Shown: positions 45,920 to 55,712, counted from the first letter of the stretch. The stretch is DNA of 64,000 nucleotides from Sphingomonas sp. (GCF_965248875.1 NZ_CBDFKR010000004.1:104151-168150); one strand, 5' to 3'. Program-made: numbers and translations. The notes: generated by a model from the letters alone, not told the origin.

Positions 45920-46630
45920 ATGGTCTTGTTCAAGGCATTCGCTGCCTCAGAAATGACGCTTGCTGCCGGAGCGTACGACCTGAGGGCGTGCGTTCAGCTG
46001 CCGCCACCCGGCTCGACGTCCGACGACTACCGCCTGGCGCGGCTGCTGGACATCGTCGTCGCGCTGGCGGCGCTGGTCTTCCTGGCGCCGTTCATGACGA
46101 TCATCGCGCTCGCGGTGTGGTCGTCGGGTGATCCCATACTGTTTCGGCACCAGCGCATCGGCAAGGGCGGCCGGAGCTTTTCCTGCCTGAAATTCCGCAC
46201 CATGCACGTCAACGGCGACGCGCTGCTCGCCGATCTGCTGGAGCATGACGCCGACGCCCGGGCGGAGTGGATGCTGTATCACAAGCTGCGGCGCGATCCG
46301 CGGGTCAGTCGCGTTGGCGCGTTTCTGCGCAAGACCAGCCTCGACGAGCTGCCGCAGCTGTTCAACGTCCTTGCCGGGACGATGAGCATCGTCGGGCCCC
46401 GCCCCATCGTCCAGGCGGAGGCGGGCCGGTATCGCCGCTATTTCCACACATATTGCCAGGTTCGGCCGGGCATCACCGGGCTTTGGCAGATCAGCGGCCG
46501 CAACACGACGACCTATCGCCGTCGCGTCGCCTGCGACGTCGCCTATGTCCGGGGGAAGTCAGCGGTGGGCGATCTGCGCATCATCCTGCGCACGGTGCCG
46601 GCGGTGTTCATGGGTCACGGCGCCTATTAG
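45920..46630 (+). CDS. Undecaprenyl-phosphate sugar phosphotransferase (bacterial sugar transferase, priming enzyme)
   Basis: [58 protein letters not shown]. The start is uncertain (45920 or 45953). Confidence 0.85.
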   Translation: MVLFKAFAASEMTLAAGAYDLRACVQLPPPGSTSDDYRLARLLDIVVALAALVFLAPFMTIIALAVWSSGDPILFRHQRIGKGGRSFSCLKFRTMHVNGDALLADLLEHDADARAEWMLYHKLRRDPRVSRVGAFLRKTSLDELPQLFNVLAGTMSIVGPRPIVQAEAGRYRRYFHTYCQVRPGITGLWQISGRNTTTYRRRVACDVAYVRGKSAVGDLRIILRTVPAVFMGHGAY

Positions 46631-47400
46631 GCCGCCGCCGCGGCCAGCGGGTGCGGCGGCGCGGTCGCTGTGATTATCCAGACCTCACCATCCTGCAGAC
46701 CTACCGCCGACAGCCGCCCGGTCCGATAGGCGCCGGTGTCGACGCCGATGCGATTGGCCGCGATGACCACGCCGTCCTCGTTGATGCTGTGGCCGTGAAC
46801 CACGATCGCACCGTGATCCTCGTCGCTGGCCGTGAACGCGTCGGTGATCCACAGGCGGCTGGCGTCGGTCTGCTGGTCCAGCGGCACACCCGGGTTGATG
46901 CCCGCATGGACGAAGTAATAGCGGCCGAACGCGGCATAGGAGGGTAGCTGCTCCATCCACCGCCGCACCTCGGCCGGAACCGCCTCCCGCGCGACGCGGA
47001 GCAGCTGCGCGGTGTCGTCCAGATCGAGCACGGCCGTGTCCACGCCATAGCTGGCAAGCGTCGCCAGCCCGCCATGCGCGAGCCACAGGTCGAGCGCGTG
47101 GAAGTCTCCGGCCAGGGCGTCGACCATCGCCGCCTCGTGATTACCCTTTAGCACGACGACGCGCGGCTCGACGCGCAGCCGCATCAGCAGGTCGACCGCC
47201 CTGGCCGAATCGGGTCCCCGGTCGATAAAGTCGCCGAGCACGATGACGTTGGTCGAGGCCGGCGATCGCGCGAGCACGTCCGCCTTGATCGCCTCGACCA
47301 TAGCGATCAGCAGGTCGAGGCGCCCGTGAACGTCGCCGATTGCGTAAAGGCGCTGGGCCGGAGGGGGGACGGCGCGGCGCTGCCAGAAGCGGAGGGCCAC
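46627..47400 (-). CDS. Metallophosphoesterase (PPP-family Ser/Thr-type protein phosphatase)
   Basis: GDVHG..GDFIDRGPDS..GNHE..H motifs in canonical order. Confidence 0.85.
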   Translation of the reverse strand: MALRFWQRRAVPPPAQRLYAIGDVHGRLDLLIAMVEAIKADVLARSPASTNVIVLGDFIDRGPDSARAVDLLMRLRVEPRVVVLKGNHEAAMVDALAGDFHALDLWLAHGGLATLASYGVDTAVLDLDDTAQLLRVAREAVPAEVRRWMEQLPSYAAFGRYYFVHAGINPGVPLDQQTDASRLWITDAFTASDEDHGAIVVHGHSINEDGVVIAANRIGVDTGAYRTGRLSAVGLQDGEVWIITATAPPHPLAAAAA

Positions 47401-47403
47401 GGC

Positions 47404-48696
47404 CTACATCTCGCCAATATCTGGCTGGGAGGCGACATACACCATCCACAGCAGCGCCAAGAACACGGCCGCCACCGCCGCGGCGGCGCCGACATAGCCG
47501 ACCGCCGCCTGGGGTGCGAGCCGCCGGACAGTGCGCCACAGGCGGCGGACGCTGCGGGCCGGGGACGCCTGGATGGTCTTGGGGGCGAGCGGGCGGGCGA
47601 CGATGCGGCTGCCGATGGCGCGCCAGAAGGCGCCCGCGATGAGCAACGTGGCGGTGCCGGCGAGCGCCAGGTTGAGCAGCGGGCCCTGCGGCCGCGGACC
47701 GTATTGGATCGCGACCTGTTGCAGCGGATAGCTGAACAACAGCAGCCCGGGCAGGAACGGCGCCAGCGCGCGGCCGATCGCCGCGAAGGGTAGAGGGCGC
47801 AGCACCAAATAGACGACCAGATAGGTGATCGGCACCGTCACCCCGACCCGCAGCAACGGCGCGAACTGCCCAACATTGCCGCCCAGCCGTGCGCCGGCCG
47901 CGACCAGCACGGCCGCGCCGATCGCCAGCCGCCGGTCGGCCGGCACCCAATTGCGCAGCTGATAGGCGGCCGCTCCCAGCAACCCGCCCAGCAGCGCCGC
48001 CGTCCCGTCGCCGCGCAGGATCAGCACCGCGAGCGACCGGTCGCCCTGATTGAGAAGGTCCAGCGCCTCGACCAGAAGGCTGGCGAGCGCCAGTGCCGCC
48101 GCCAGTGCGGCGGGCGCCGCGCGCACGTCCCGCCGGTTCGAGCGCAGCGCGGCGATCGCGATCACGAACAGGTAGCAGGGTGCCAGCCAGACGATCGCGT
48201 TGACGACGTTGGCGGCGTTGTTGAACTCGAACACGCCGGGCAGTTCATAGCGGGGGACGCCGACCAGGTTCAGAAGGTAGGCATATGTGTCGAGAGTCGT
48301 CGCATAATCCGCAAACGCCAGGTTGGTCGCCAGCGGCCCGAGGATGGCGACGCTGACGACGATGATGAAGACATAGGGCGGCAGCCCCAGCCGCAACCGT
48401 CGGACCAGCGCCTCGCGCCAGGTCGCGCCCGTGCTCGGCCGTGCGGCGGAAAAGCCCGCGGTGGCGAACAGCGCCGGGAACACCAGCGACGACAGGGTGG
48501 CGAGCACGCCGCCCGGAGCCGCGCCGCTCACCTCGACGCTGCCGGCCGTGACCAGCGCCAGCACCAGCGCCGCGCGGACCGACCATAGTCCGAGCAACAG
48601 TTCTTCCCGGCGCCGCAGCGCCGTTTCGACCGACCTCAAACGCTTCACCTCCGCTACACGTTCGGGTAAGCGAATTACGCTAACAGACATAGCCAT
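47404..48696 (-). CDS. Polytopic membrane protein, acyltransferase-3-like
   Basis: About 10 TM helices. FATAGFSAA..RRLRLGLPPY and NAIVWLAPCY resemble acyltransferase family 3 blocks. I do not see the TM1 histidine. Confidence 0.5.
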   Translation of the reverse strand: MAMSVSVIRLPERVAEVKRLRSVETALRRREELLLGLWSVRAALVLALVTAGSVEVSGAAPGGVLATLSSLVFPALFATAGFSAARPSTGATWREALVRRLRLGLPPYVFIIVVSVAILGPLATNLAFADYATTLDTYAYLLNLVGVPRYELPGVFEFNNAANVVNAIVWLAPCYLFVIAIAALRSNRRDVRAAPAALAAALALASLLVEALDLLNQGDRSLAVLILRGDGTAALLGGLLGAAAYQLRNWVPADRRLAIGAAVLVAAGARLGGNVGQFAPLLRVGVTVPITYLVVYLVLRPLPFAAIGRALAPFLPGLLLFSYPLQQVAIQYGPRPQGPLLNLALAGTATLLIAGAFWRAIGSRIVARPLAPKTIQASPARSVRRLWRTVRRLAPQAAVGYVGAAAAVAAVFLALLWMVYVASQPDIGEM

Positions 48697-48818
48697 GTGT
48701 CGCGCTTTGCGGCATTCGGCCCGGCGCCGTTCCGCTGTTTCGCGGTGTACGGCCTCGGCTGTCGCCGGTCGGGCGGCGGGATCACCCGATTGCCGACCAT
48801 TGAACAAGGACTGTTTCT

Positions 48819-51020
48819 TTGACCGTAGCGACTGCCGAGCCGGCCGAGCCTCTGGAGGCCGAGGCAACGCAAGATGTGAACGAGACAGCCGTCGGCAACA
48901 GCTCGCTGTTGCCCGACCCGAAGACGCTGCTGATCATCTTTTTTCGCCGCCTGTGGATTTTTCTCGTCGTCTTCGCCTTGATCCTCGGCGCGGCGATCGC
49001 CTACGCCAATCTGGCGCCGCGCAAATACACGTCGCTGGCGACCGCGCTGGTCGAGCCGCGCGGCGGCGATCCGGTGCAGGCGACGGCGGGCGCGCCGGGG
49101 GACCAGGCGCCGTCATCGGACGTCATCGACACGCAGATCCTCCTGTTCGACGCGCCGCAGCTGTCGGCAAGGACGGTGATCGCGCTCGGCCTGCTCGACG
49201 ATCCGCTGTTCGCGGGCGCCGCGCCCGATCAGACCGGGCCGCTGACGCCGGTGCAGGAGCGCAACCGGCTCGCCACCGCGGCACAGCGGCTGCGGTCGAC
49301 AGTCAGCATCCGCCGCGCCGGCCAGACCGCGCTCATCCAGGTCGCGGCAACGACGGTGTCGCCGACGCTGTCGGCGCGCATCGCCAATGAGTATATCACC
49401 CAGTATCTGGCCACCATCGACGAGGAGAAGACCCGCTCCGCGCAGCAGATGAACCAGCAGATCAACAGCCGCCTCGACCAGCTCCGGCTGGAAGCGGAGC
49501 ACGCCGATGCGTCGCTGCAGGCGTACAAGATCGCCAATGGGCTGATGAGCGCCGAGGGTGCGACGCTCGCCGAACAGGAATCGTCGTCGCTCAACACCCA
49601 GGTCCAGCAGCAGCGCGCGGACCTGGCCGAGAAGCAGAGCCGCCTCGCGACCGCGCGTCAGCAGCTGCGCAGCGGCGGCGGCGGCAGCGACGTCAGCGCG
49701 TCGCTTGGCTCGGGCACGGTCGGTGCGCTGCGGACGGCCGAAGCCGAGAGCAGCCGCAACCTGGCTCAGCTGCGGGCGCGTTATGGCCCGCGGCATCCGG
49801 CGGTGGATCAGGAACAGCGGCGACTGACCGACGTCCAGGCGCGCATCCAGGAAGAGATCGACCGCATCCTGTCGAGCATGCAGGGCGAGGTGAATGTCGC
49901 CGCCTCCAAGCTGAGCGCGCTGCAGTCGGGCGAAGGGCAGGCGCGGACCCGGCTCGCCGCCAATGCACAGGCGCAGGTCGGCTTTCTGGAGCTGCAGCGC
50001 AAGGCGGAGGCCGCGCGCGTCGTCTATGAGGCGTTCCTCAACAAATCGCGCGGCACGGCGGCGCGCGACGGCATCGAGCAGCCGCTCGCCAGCCGAGCGT
50101 CGACCGCCATTCCGGCGACCGGGCCGTCATCGCCCAACGTCCGCCTGATCTACCTGATCGGCCTGTTGGGTGCGCTGGTCGCCTCGACGCTGGCGGTCGT
50201 CGTCGCGGAGTTCCTCGACAGCGGCATCAAGACCAAGGCGGACGTCGAACGGCGACTGGGCGCGCGCTATCTCGGCTCGATCCCCGACGTCGAATCGACG
50301 CTGGACGGGTTACGCGCGACCGAGCCGCCGCAGGACTATATCGTCTCGCACCCGCTCTCGACCTTCGCCGAGGCGCTGCGCAACCTTCGCGCGTCCGTCA
50401 CGCTGCGCGGCAATCGCCGGCCCAAGGTGATCGCGGTCACCTCCGCCCTGCCGCGCGAAGGCAAGACCACCACCGCGCTGTGCCTGGCGCGGACGCTGGC
50501 ACTGTCCGGCGCGTCCACGGTGCTGGTCGACTGCGATATCCGTCGCCACTCGGCCAGCGACGCGCTGCTGAACGGGCGCGAGGGGCAGCTGCTCGACGTG
50601 CTCGCCGGCCATGTGCCGGTCGACCGGGCGTTGCTGGACGACGAGGCGACCGGCCTCAAGATCCTGGGGACGCATCGTGCGCCGCAGGGCGGCCGCGATC
50701 TGCTCGCGTCCGAGCTGGTCAGCGCGTTGCTGGCGGACCTCAAGGCACGGTTCGACTTCGTGGTGATCGACACCGCGCCGGTGCTGGGCATCGCCGACGC
50801 GCGGCTGGTCGCCAGCCTAGCCGACGCGGTGCTGCTGCTCGCGCGCTGGCGGCACACGTCGCTGCGCGCGGCGGATACGGCGCTGGACCTGCTGATCGGC
50901 GCGCGCGCCAAGGTCTATGGCGTCGCACTGACCCAGGTCGATATCCGCAAGTTCGGCAGTACCGGACAGGAGGACGTTTATGGCTATCACAAACAGTTCA
51001 AGGGCTATTACGTCAACTGA
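48819..51020 (+). CDS. Polysaccharide co-polymerase / tyrosine autokinase (Wzc, ExoP, GumC-like)
   Basis: N-terminal Wzz-like TM, coiled-coil periplasmic region and second TM. Kinase Walker A SALPREGKTTT, A' VLVDCDIRR, B FVVIDTAP. Tyr-rich tail VYGYHKQFKGYYVN. Confidence 0.85.
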   Translation: MTVATAEPAEPLEAEATQDVNETAVGNSSLLPDPKTLLIIFFRRLWIFLVVFALILGAAIAYANLAPRKYTSLATALVEPRGGDPVQATAGAPGDQAPSSDVIDTQILLFDAPQLSARTVIALGLLDDPLFAGAAPDQTGPLTPVQERNRLATAAQRLRSTVSIRRAGQTALIQVAATTVSPTLSARIANEYITQYLATIDEEKTRSAQQMNQQINSRLDQLRLEAEHADASLQAYKIANGLMSAEGATLAEQESSSLNTQVQQQRADLAEKQSRLATARQQLRSGGGGSDVSASLGSGTVGALRTAEAESSRNLAQLRARYGPRHPAVDQEQRRLTDVQARIQEEIDRILSSMQGEVNVAASKLSALQSGEGQARTRLAANAQAQVGFLELQRKAEAARVVYEAFLNKSRGTAARDGIEQPLASRASTAIPATGPSSPNVRLIYLIGLLGALVASTLAVVVAEFLDSGIKTKADVERRLGARYLGSIPDVESTLDGLRATEPPQDYIVSHPLSTFAEALRNLRASVTLRGNRRPKVIAVTSALPREGKTTTALCLARTLALSGASTVLVDCDIRRHSASDALLNGREGQLLDVLAGHVPVDRALLDDEATGLKILGTHRAPQGGRDLLASELVSALLADLKARFDFVVIDTAPVLGIADARLVASLADAVLLLARWRHTSLRAADTALDLLIGARAKVYGVALTQVDIRKFGSTGQEDVYGYHKQFKGYYVN

Positions 51021-51033
51021 CCGGGCGCGGGCG

Positions 51034-51825
51034 ATGCGTGCGGGTGCGGCCGCGGCGTTGCTGGCCCTCGCCACCGCCTGCAACGCGGCGGCCGGGGCGG
51101 GGCAGGGCAACGCGTCGGCCCAGCCGGCCCCGCCACCGACCGGCGGGTCGTTCTTTGACGGGTTCGACCGGCTCGACACGAGCCGGTGGATGGTGTCGGA
51201 CGGCTGGGTCAACGGCGACCATCAGGGCTGCGCCTGGTCGCGCGCCAACGCCTATGTGCAGGGCGGCAAGCTGCAGATGACGCTGGGCCGCGCCGTCGAC
51301 CGTCTGCGCCCGTATCGCTGCGCCGAAATCCGCACCTATGCGACGCTCGGCTACGGGACGTTCGAGGCGCGGTTGAGGACCGCCGCGGGATCGGGGCTGA
51401 ACACCGCGTTCTTCAGCTATGTCAACGGCGTGGCGGACGAGCTCGACTTCGAGTTCCTGGGCCGCAACCCGCAGACCGTGCAGCTCAACTATTGGCAGCA
51501 TGGGCATGGCGGGCATGAGAGTACGCCTGCGTTGGGCTTCGATGCGTCGGCGGCGTTCAACAATTATGCTTTTGTCTGGGGACCGGAGAGTGCGCGCTGG
51601 TACGTGAATGGCCGGCTGGTGCGCGAGGAGCATGGCGCGGCCATTCCCACTACGCCCGCAAACCTGTTCCTCTCGCTGTGGAGCGGCAGCGGGTCGAGCG
51701 ACGCCTGGCTGGGCCCGCTCGACGCGAGCCGCACGCCGGTGCTGGCCGAGGTCGACTGGGTCGCGTTCACCAAGGCGGGCGAACATTGCCTGTTCCCGCA
51801 GTCGATCACATGCGCGCCGCGTTGA
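51034..51825 (+). CDS. Glycoside hydrolase family 16 lipoprotein (ExoK-like endo-beta-glycanase)
   Basis: Lipobox LALATAC and catalytic motif DELDFEFLG (ExDxE). Start set at ATG 51034, just after the wzc stop. Confidence 0.8.
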   Translation: MRAGAAAALLALATACNAAAGAGQGNASAQPAPPPTGGSFFDGFDRLDTSRWMVSDGWVNGDHQGCAWSRANAYVQGGKLQMTLGRAVDRLRPYRCAEIRTYATLGYGTFEARLRTAAGSGLNTAFFSYVNGVADELDFEFLGRNPQTVQLNYWQHGHGGHESTPALGFDASAAFNNYAFVWGPESARWYVNGRLVREEHGAAIPTTPANLFLSLWSGSGSSDAWLGPLDASRTPVLAEVDWVAFTKAGEHCLFPQSITCAPR

Positions 51826-51915
51826 CGATCGGCGCCGCTGCGAGGCGTGCGGGGCAGCGGGCACGGTCGGCCAGCCGCAACGACGCTCCAGGCCGGGCGC
51901 GAGGTGCGGGGTGGC

Positions 51916-53097
51916 ATGGAAAGGACTGACGCGATGACCGTCCTGCCGCCCGCCGCCGCGCGGTTCGCGGCGCCGATGCTGTCGGTGGTGGTGCCGACCT
52001 ATAACGAGCGCGCCAACATGGCGGCGCTGGTGGCGGCGGTGCGCGACGCGCTCGGCGATCTGTCGTGGGAGATGCTGATCGTCGACGACGACAGCCCGGA
52101 CGGGACGTTCGACGAGGTCGCGCGGCTGGCGCGCGACGAGCCGCGGGTCCGCTGTCTGCGCCGCGTCGGCCGCCGCGGGCTGGCATCGGCGGTGATCGAG
52201 GGCGCGCTGGTCGCCAATGGCGATGCGGTCGCGGTGATGGACGCCGATTTCCAGCACGACGAGACCAGGCTGCCCGCGATGTACGACATGCTGATGTCAA
52301 CCGATTCGGACCTGGTGGTCGGCACCCGCTACGCGCTGGGTGGGGGCGTCGGCAGCTGGGATCAGAAGCGCCAGCGGATGAGCGGCCTCGCCACGACGCT
52401 GAGCCGCTTTCTGGTCGGCGATCAGACCAGCGACCCGATGAGCGGCTTCTTCATGGTCAGACGCGCGGTGTTCGCCGCGTCGGTCTATGACCTGTCGCAG
52501 CAGGGCTACAAGATCCTGCTCGACATCATCAGCTCCGCGCCCAGGCCGCTCAAGATCGCCGAAATACCCTATGAGTTCCGCAACCGGCGCGAGGGCGAGA
52601 GCAAGATCAGCGTGATGGTCCTGGCGGAATTCGCCTTTCTGCTGATCGAGAAGGTCTCGCGCGGCCTCATCCCGCCCAGGTTCGTGCTGTTCTCGATCGT
52701 CGGCGGGCTGGGGCTGGTCGTCCATCTCGCCATCCTGGAGGCATGCAAGCACCTGTTCGGGCTGGCATTCCTTCCCGCGCAGGGGGCGGCGATCGGCGGC
52801 GCGATGCTGTTCAACTTCGCCGTCAACAACAACTTCACCTACCATGACCGCCGGTTGAGCGGGAGCCGGCTCATCACCGGCGCGATCCTGTTCTGCATCG
52901 TCTGCAGCGTCGGCGCGCTCGCCAATGTCGGTGTCGCCGAGCTGGCGATCGAACGGACGCACAGCTGGTCGCTGGCGGGGGTCGCAGGGGCGCTCATGGG
53001 CGCGGTGTTCAATTTCGGCGCGGCGAGCAGCATCGTCTGGGGGCTGCGCAAGCCGAAGCGGGTCGCCGGACCCGCACCGGCGCTGGCCGCGGGGTGA
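51916..53097 (+). CDS. Polyprenol-phosphate glycosyltransferase (GT2, DPM1/ArnC-like) fused to a GtrA-like membrane domain
   Basis: LSVVVPTYNE..IVDDDSPDGT..VMDADFQHD, then four TM helices with ..MLFNFAVNNNFTY.. (GtrA pattern). ATG 51934 is an alternative start. Confidence 0.8.
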   Translation: MERTDAMTVLPPAAARFAAPMLSVVVPTYNERANMAALVAAVRDALGDLSWEMLIVDDDSPDGTFDEVARLARDEPRVRCLRRVGRRGLASAVIEGALVANGDAVAVMDADFQHDETRLPAMYDMLMSTDSDLVVGTRYALGGGVGSWDQKRQRMSGLATTLSRFLVGDQTSDPMSGFFMVRRAVFAASVYDLSQQGYKILLDIISSAPRPLKIAEIPYEFRNRREGESKISVMVLAEFAFLLIEKVSRGLIPPRFVLFSIVGGLGLVVHLAILEACKHLFGLAFLPAQGAAIGGAMLFNFAVNNNFTYHDRRLSGSRLITGAILFCIVCSVGALANVGVAELAIERTHSWSLAGVAGALMGAVFNFGAASSIVWGLRKPKRVAGPAPALAAG

Positions 53098-54581
53098 GCG
53101 AGGGCGCGACGCCGCGGACGGCCGTCCACGGCATTGGCCCGACGCTGGTGCTGGTGGTCGCGCTGGCGCTGGCGCTGCGTCTGGCGGGGCTGCACTATTC
53201 GCTGTGGAACGACGAGGTCGCCTCCACGCAGTTTGCGGCCGCACCCGTCCACCTTCTCTGGTCGAACTGGATGGTGCGCGAGACCAACCCCCCGCTTTAT
53301 TACACGCTGCTGCACGGCTGGATCGCGCTGTTTGGGGACGCGGACGCGACGCTACGGCTGATGTCGGTGCTGTTCGGCTGCATCGGCGTCGCGGCCGTGT
53401 ACCTCCTCGGCCGCCGCGCAGGCGGAGCGCGCGCGGGGCTGTTGTCGGCGTTGCTCGTGGCGCTGTCGGCGCAGCACGTGATGTATAGCCAGCAGGTCCG
53501 CGGCTATGTGCTCGGCCATGCCGCCGCGGTGGCTGCGATCCTCGCGGTGGTGGTGTTCCTGGCACCGGACGCGCCGCAGCGGCGCGGGCGGCTGCTGCTC
53601 GGCTATGCCGCCGCCTGCACGGTGGCGTTGTACGCGCACACGACCTTCTTCCTGCTGCCCGCCGTCCTCAACGCCTATGTCCTGCCCCTGCTGGCGATGC
53701 GGCGGCAGTGGCGGGCGGCAGGCGCATGGATCGCCGCCAACGCAGCGGTGCTGCTGCTGTGGGCGTGGTGGGCGCACCTGACGCTGGTGCAGGCGGGGAC
53801 GCGCAGGACGATCGGCTGGATCGGTCCGCCGTCGCTGCCCTACGCGGTGCGGATGACGATGGAGAGCTACCTGCCGTGGCAGCTCGGCCCGGTGCAGTTC
53901 GCGGTGGCGCTGGTGATGGTCGCAGCGGCGGGGACGGCCGCGCGGCGCTGGCGGCGACGGGCCGAGCTGCTGCTGCTGCCCTTCCTCGCGATCGCCACCC
54001 CGGCGCTGCTGTTCGTGCTGAGCCAGCGTGTGCCGATGTTCCTGGACCGCACCGTCTACTGGTCCAGCGCTCCCTTTCTGGTCACGGTCGCCGCCGGGCT
54101 GGCCGGTCTGCGCCCCCGGCCGCTGATGATCGCCGGGGTGGCGGCCGCCGTGCTCGCGACGGCGGCGGGCTGGCTGGTCTGGTATCCCACCCGCGAAATC
54201 GAGCCGTGGCGGGCAATCGTGGCAAGCATCGAGCGGCAAGCGCCCGGCGCGGCGGTGCTGGTCAGCGGCAAGCAGCCGGCGTTGGACCTGCTGCGCTACT
54301 GCCGGGCACCACGCTGTTCGCTGTCGATCGTCGGGCTGCCATCCGCGCAGGCAGATGCCTGGGCCTCCGGATTCGCGGTGCCGGGGATGATCTCCCCCGA
54401 CGCGGCGAACCGGCTGCTGGCGCGAAGCGGCCGCCTGGTCGCGGTGCGATGGATGGGACAGGACCCGGCGCGGGTCGTGCGCCCGCGCCTGCGCCCGGTG
54501 CCGCTTGCCCTGCCGGTCGGCGATCGCACCAGTGTGGAGGCGGCGCTGTGGCGAGCCGCCGGAGATCCCGCCGCCCGCTAA
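53094..54581 (+). CDS. GT-C fold glycosyltransferase, family 39/83-like (PMT_2/ArnT-like)
   Basis: Polytopic N-terminal half with first-loop LWNDEV (DE motif) and ..NPPLYYTLLHGW... Soluble C-terminal domain. Overlaps the upstream stop by 4 nt. Confidence 0.75.
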   Translation: MSEGATPRTAVHGIGPTLVLVVALALALRLAGLHYSLWNDEVASTQFAAAPVHLLWSNWMVRETNPPLYYTLLHGWIALFGDADATLRLMSVLFGCIGVAAVYLLGRRAGGARAGLLSALLVALSAQHVMYSQQVRGYVLGHAAAVAAILAVVVFLAPDAPQRRGRLLLGYAAACTVALYAHTTFFLLPAVLNAYVLPLLAMRRQWRAAGAWIAANAAVLLLWAWWAHLTLVQAGTRRTIGWIGPPSLPYAVRMTMESYLPWQLGPVQFAVALVMVAAAGTAARRWRRRAELLLLPFLAIATPALLFVLSQRVPMFLDRTVYWSSAPFLVTVAAGLAGLRPRPLMIAGVAAAVLATAAGWLVWYPTREIEPWRAIVASIERQAPGAAVLVSGKQPALDLLRYCRAPRCSLSIVGLPSAQADAWASGFAVPGMISPDAANRLLARSGRLVAVRWMGQDPARVVRPRLRPVPLALPVGDRTSVEAALWRAAGDPAAR

Positions 54582-55498
54582 TCCAATGCGGTGAAGCCGT
54601 CGGCTCCGATCCGGAATGCGTCCGGCCGTCCGGCCGCCAGGTGATCGATCGAATCGAGGCGCTTCCAGACGGCCACGTCACCATCGACCCAGCGGCTCGA
54701 CTGCCAGTTGGTGAAGTGAAGATACAGGAACTCGCGGTCGCCGGCCCCTGTGGCCGTCAGCCGGCCCCTCCGCCAATACCAGAACTCGGGATAGTTCGTG
54801 CTGCCGTCGATCCACGGCAGCGGCCACAGGGCGGAGGAATGCTGCTCAACGAAATAGCCCTTGGCGGGCAGCGACGGGGAGCGCAGGCGCTGCCTGACAC
54901 GGGCGAACCAAGTATCGCCGCGCAGCTCGCTGAACAGATGCGACCATTGAAACTCGTCGAATCCGCGATGATCGGGCCGGCTGAGCAGGCCCCGCCACCC
55001 ACGCACGCGCTTAAACGAGGCGTTGAGCCGGGGGCTATTGCGGATCAGGGTTAGATGGCCGGCGGTGATCAGCGGATGCGACGAGATGATGTCGTGCTCG
55101 AACACCGTCGCATCGTAGATCGCGCGGATGTCGCCATAGATGACGTCGATGTCGCCGAAACCCCAGAAATCATACCCGGCGATCAGCTCCGGATGCAGAT
55201 AGCCGAGCACGGGCTTGAGGTCGCAGAGCTTATACGCCGAGGGCCAGGCGCATTCGATCCCCAGGCGAGCGGCGACCAGAGCGCGGTATCCGGCGAAACT
55301 GTGGGTGACGAACGACACGTTCGGCGGCACGTCCGCCGGCGGCTCCGCGTCCCCGATGATCGCCCAGTGCACGGTGGGATTGTACCGGCACGAGGCGAGG
55401 AAGAAGCGCATCCACGCCGGCCACGGACCGAACCAGGTAAGCAGGATGACAAGCGACGCCTGCGCCGGAGCGCCGGTCGCCGGGGAGTCAGCGGTCAT
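54578..55498 (-). CDS. Conserved hypothetical polysaccharide-locus protein (DUF6625-like, putative transferase)
   Basis: LVILLTWFGPWPAWMRFFLASCRYNPTVHWAIIGD and FWGFGDIDVIYGD resemble a family I recall from capsule/EPS loci. Not verified. Confidence 0.5.
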   Translation of the reverse strand: MTADSPATGAPAQASLVILLTWFGPWPAWMRFFLASCRYNPTVHWAIIGDAEPPADVPPNVSFVTHSFAGYRALVAARLGIECAWPSAYKLCDLKPVLGYLHPELIAGYDFWGFGDIDVIYGDIRAIYDATVFEHDIISSHPLITAGHLTLIRNSPRLNASFKRVRGWRGLLSRPDHRGFDEFQWSHLFSELRGDTWFARVRQRLRSPSLPAKGYFVEQHSSALWPLPWIDGSTNYPEFWYWRRGRLTATGAGDREFLYLHFTNWQSSRWVDGDVAVWKRLDSIDHLAAGRPDAFRIGADGFTALD

Positions 55499-55712
55499 GC
55501 ATTCTTCCGTCACACGCAATCCGGCACCACTCCCGCAGCCATGTGGCGGCGGACGCTTCCTATCCGGCAAACCTAAACAGGCGGCTTACTCCCGCCTCTG
55601 ACGCGCCATCCGGGCCGATGCAAGGCGAGACCGCCGGGCGGCGGCTGCCGGGCCGGCGATCGGTGCGGCCGATGATGGATTAGTAAGGCGCCACGCGGTA
55701 GGCCGGACGGGC

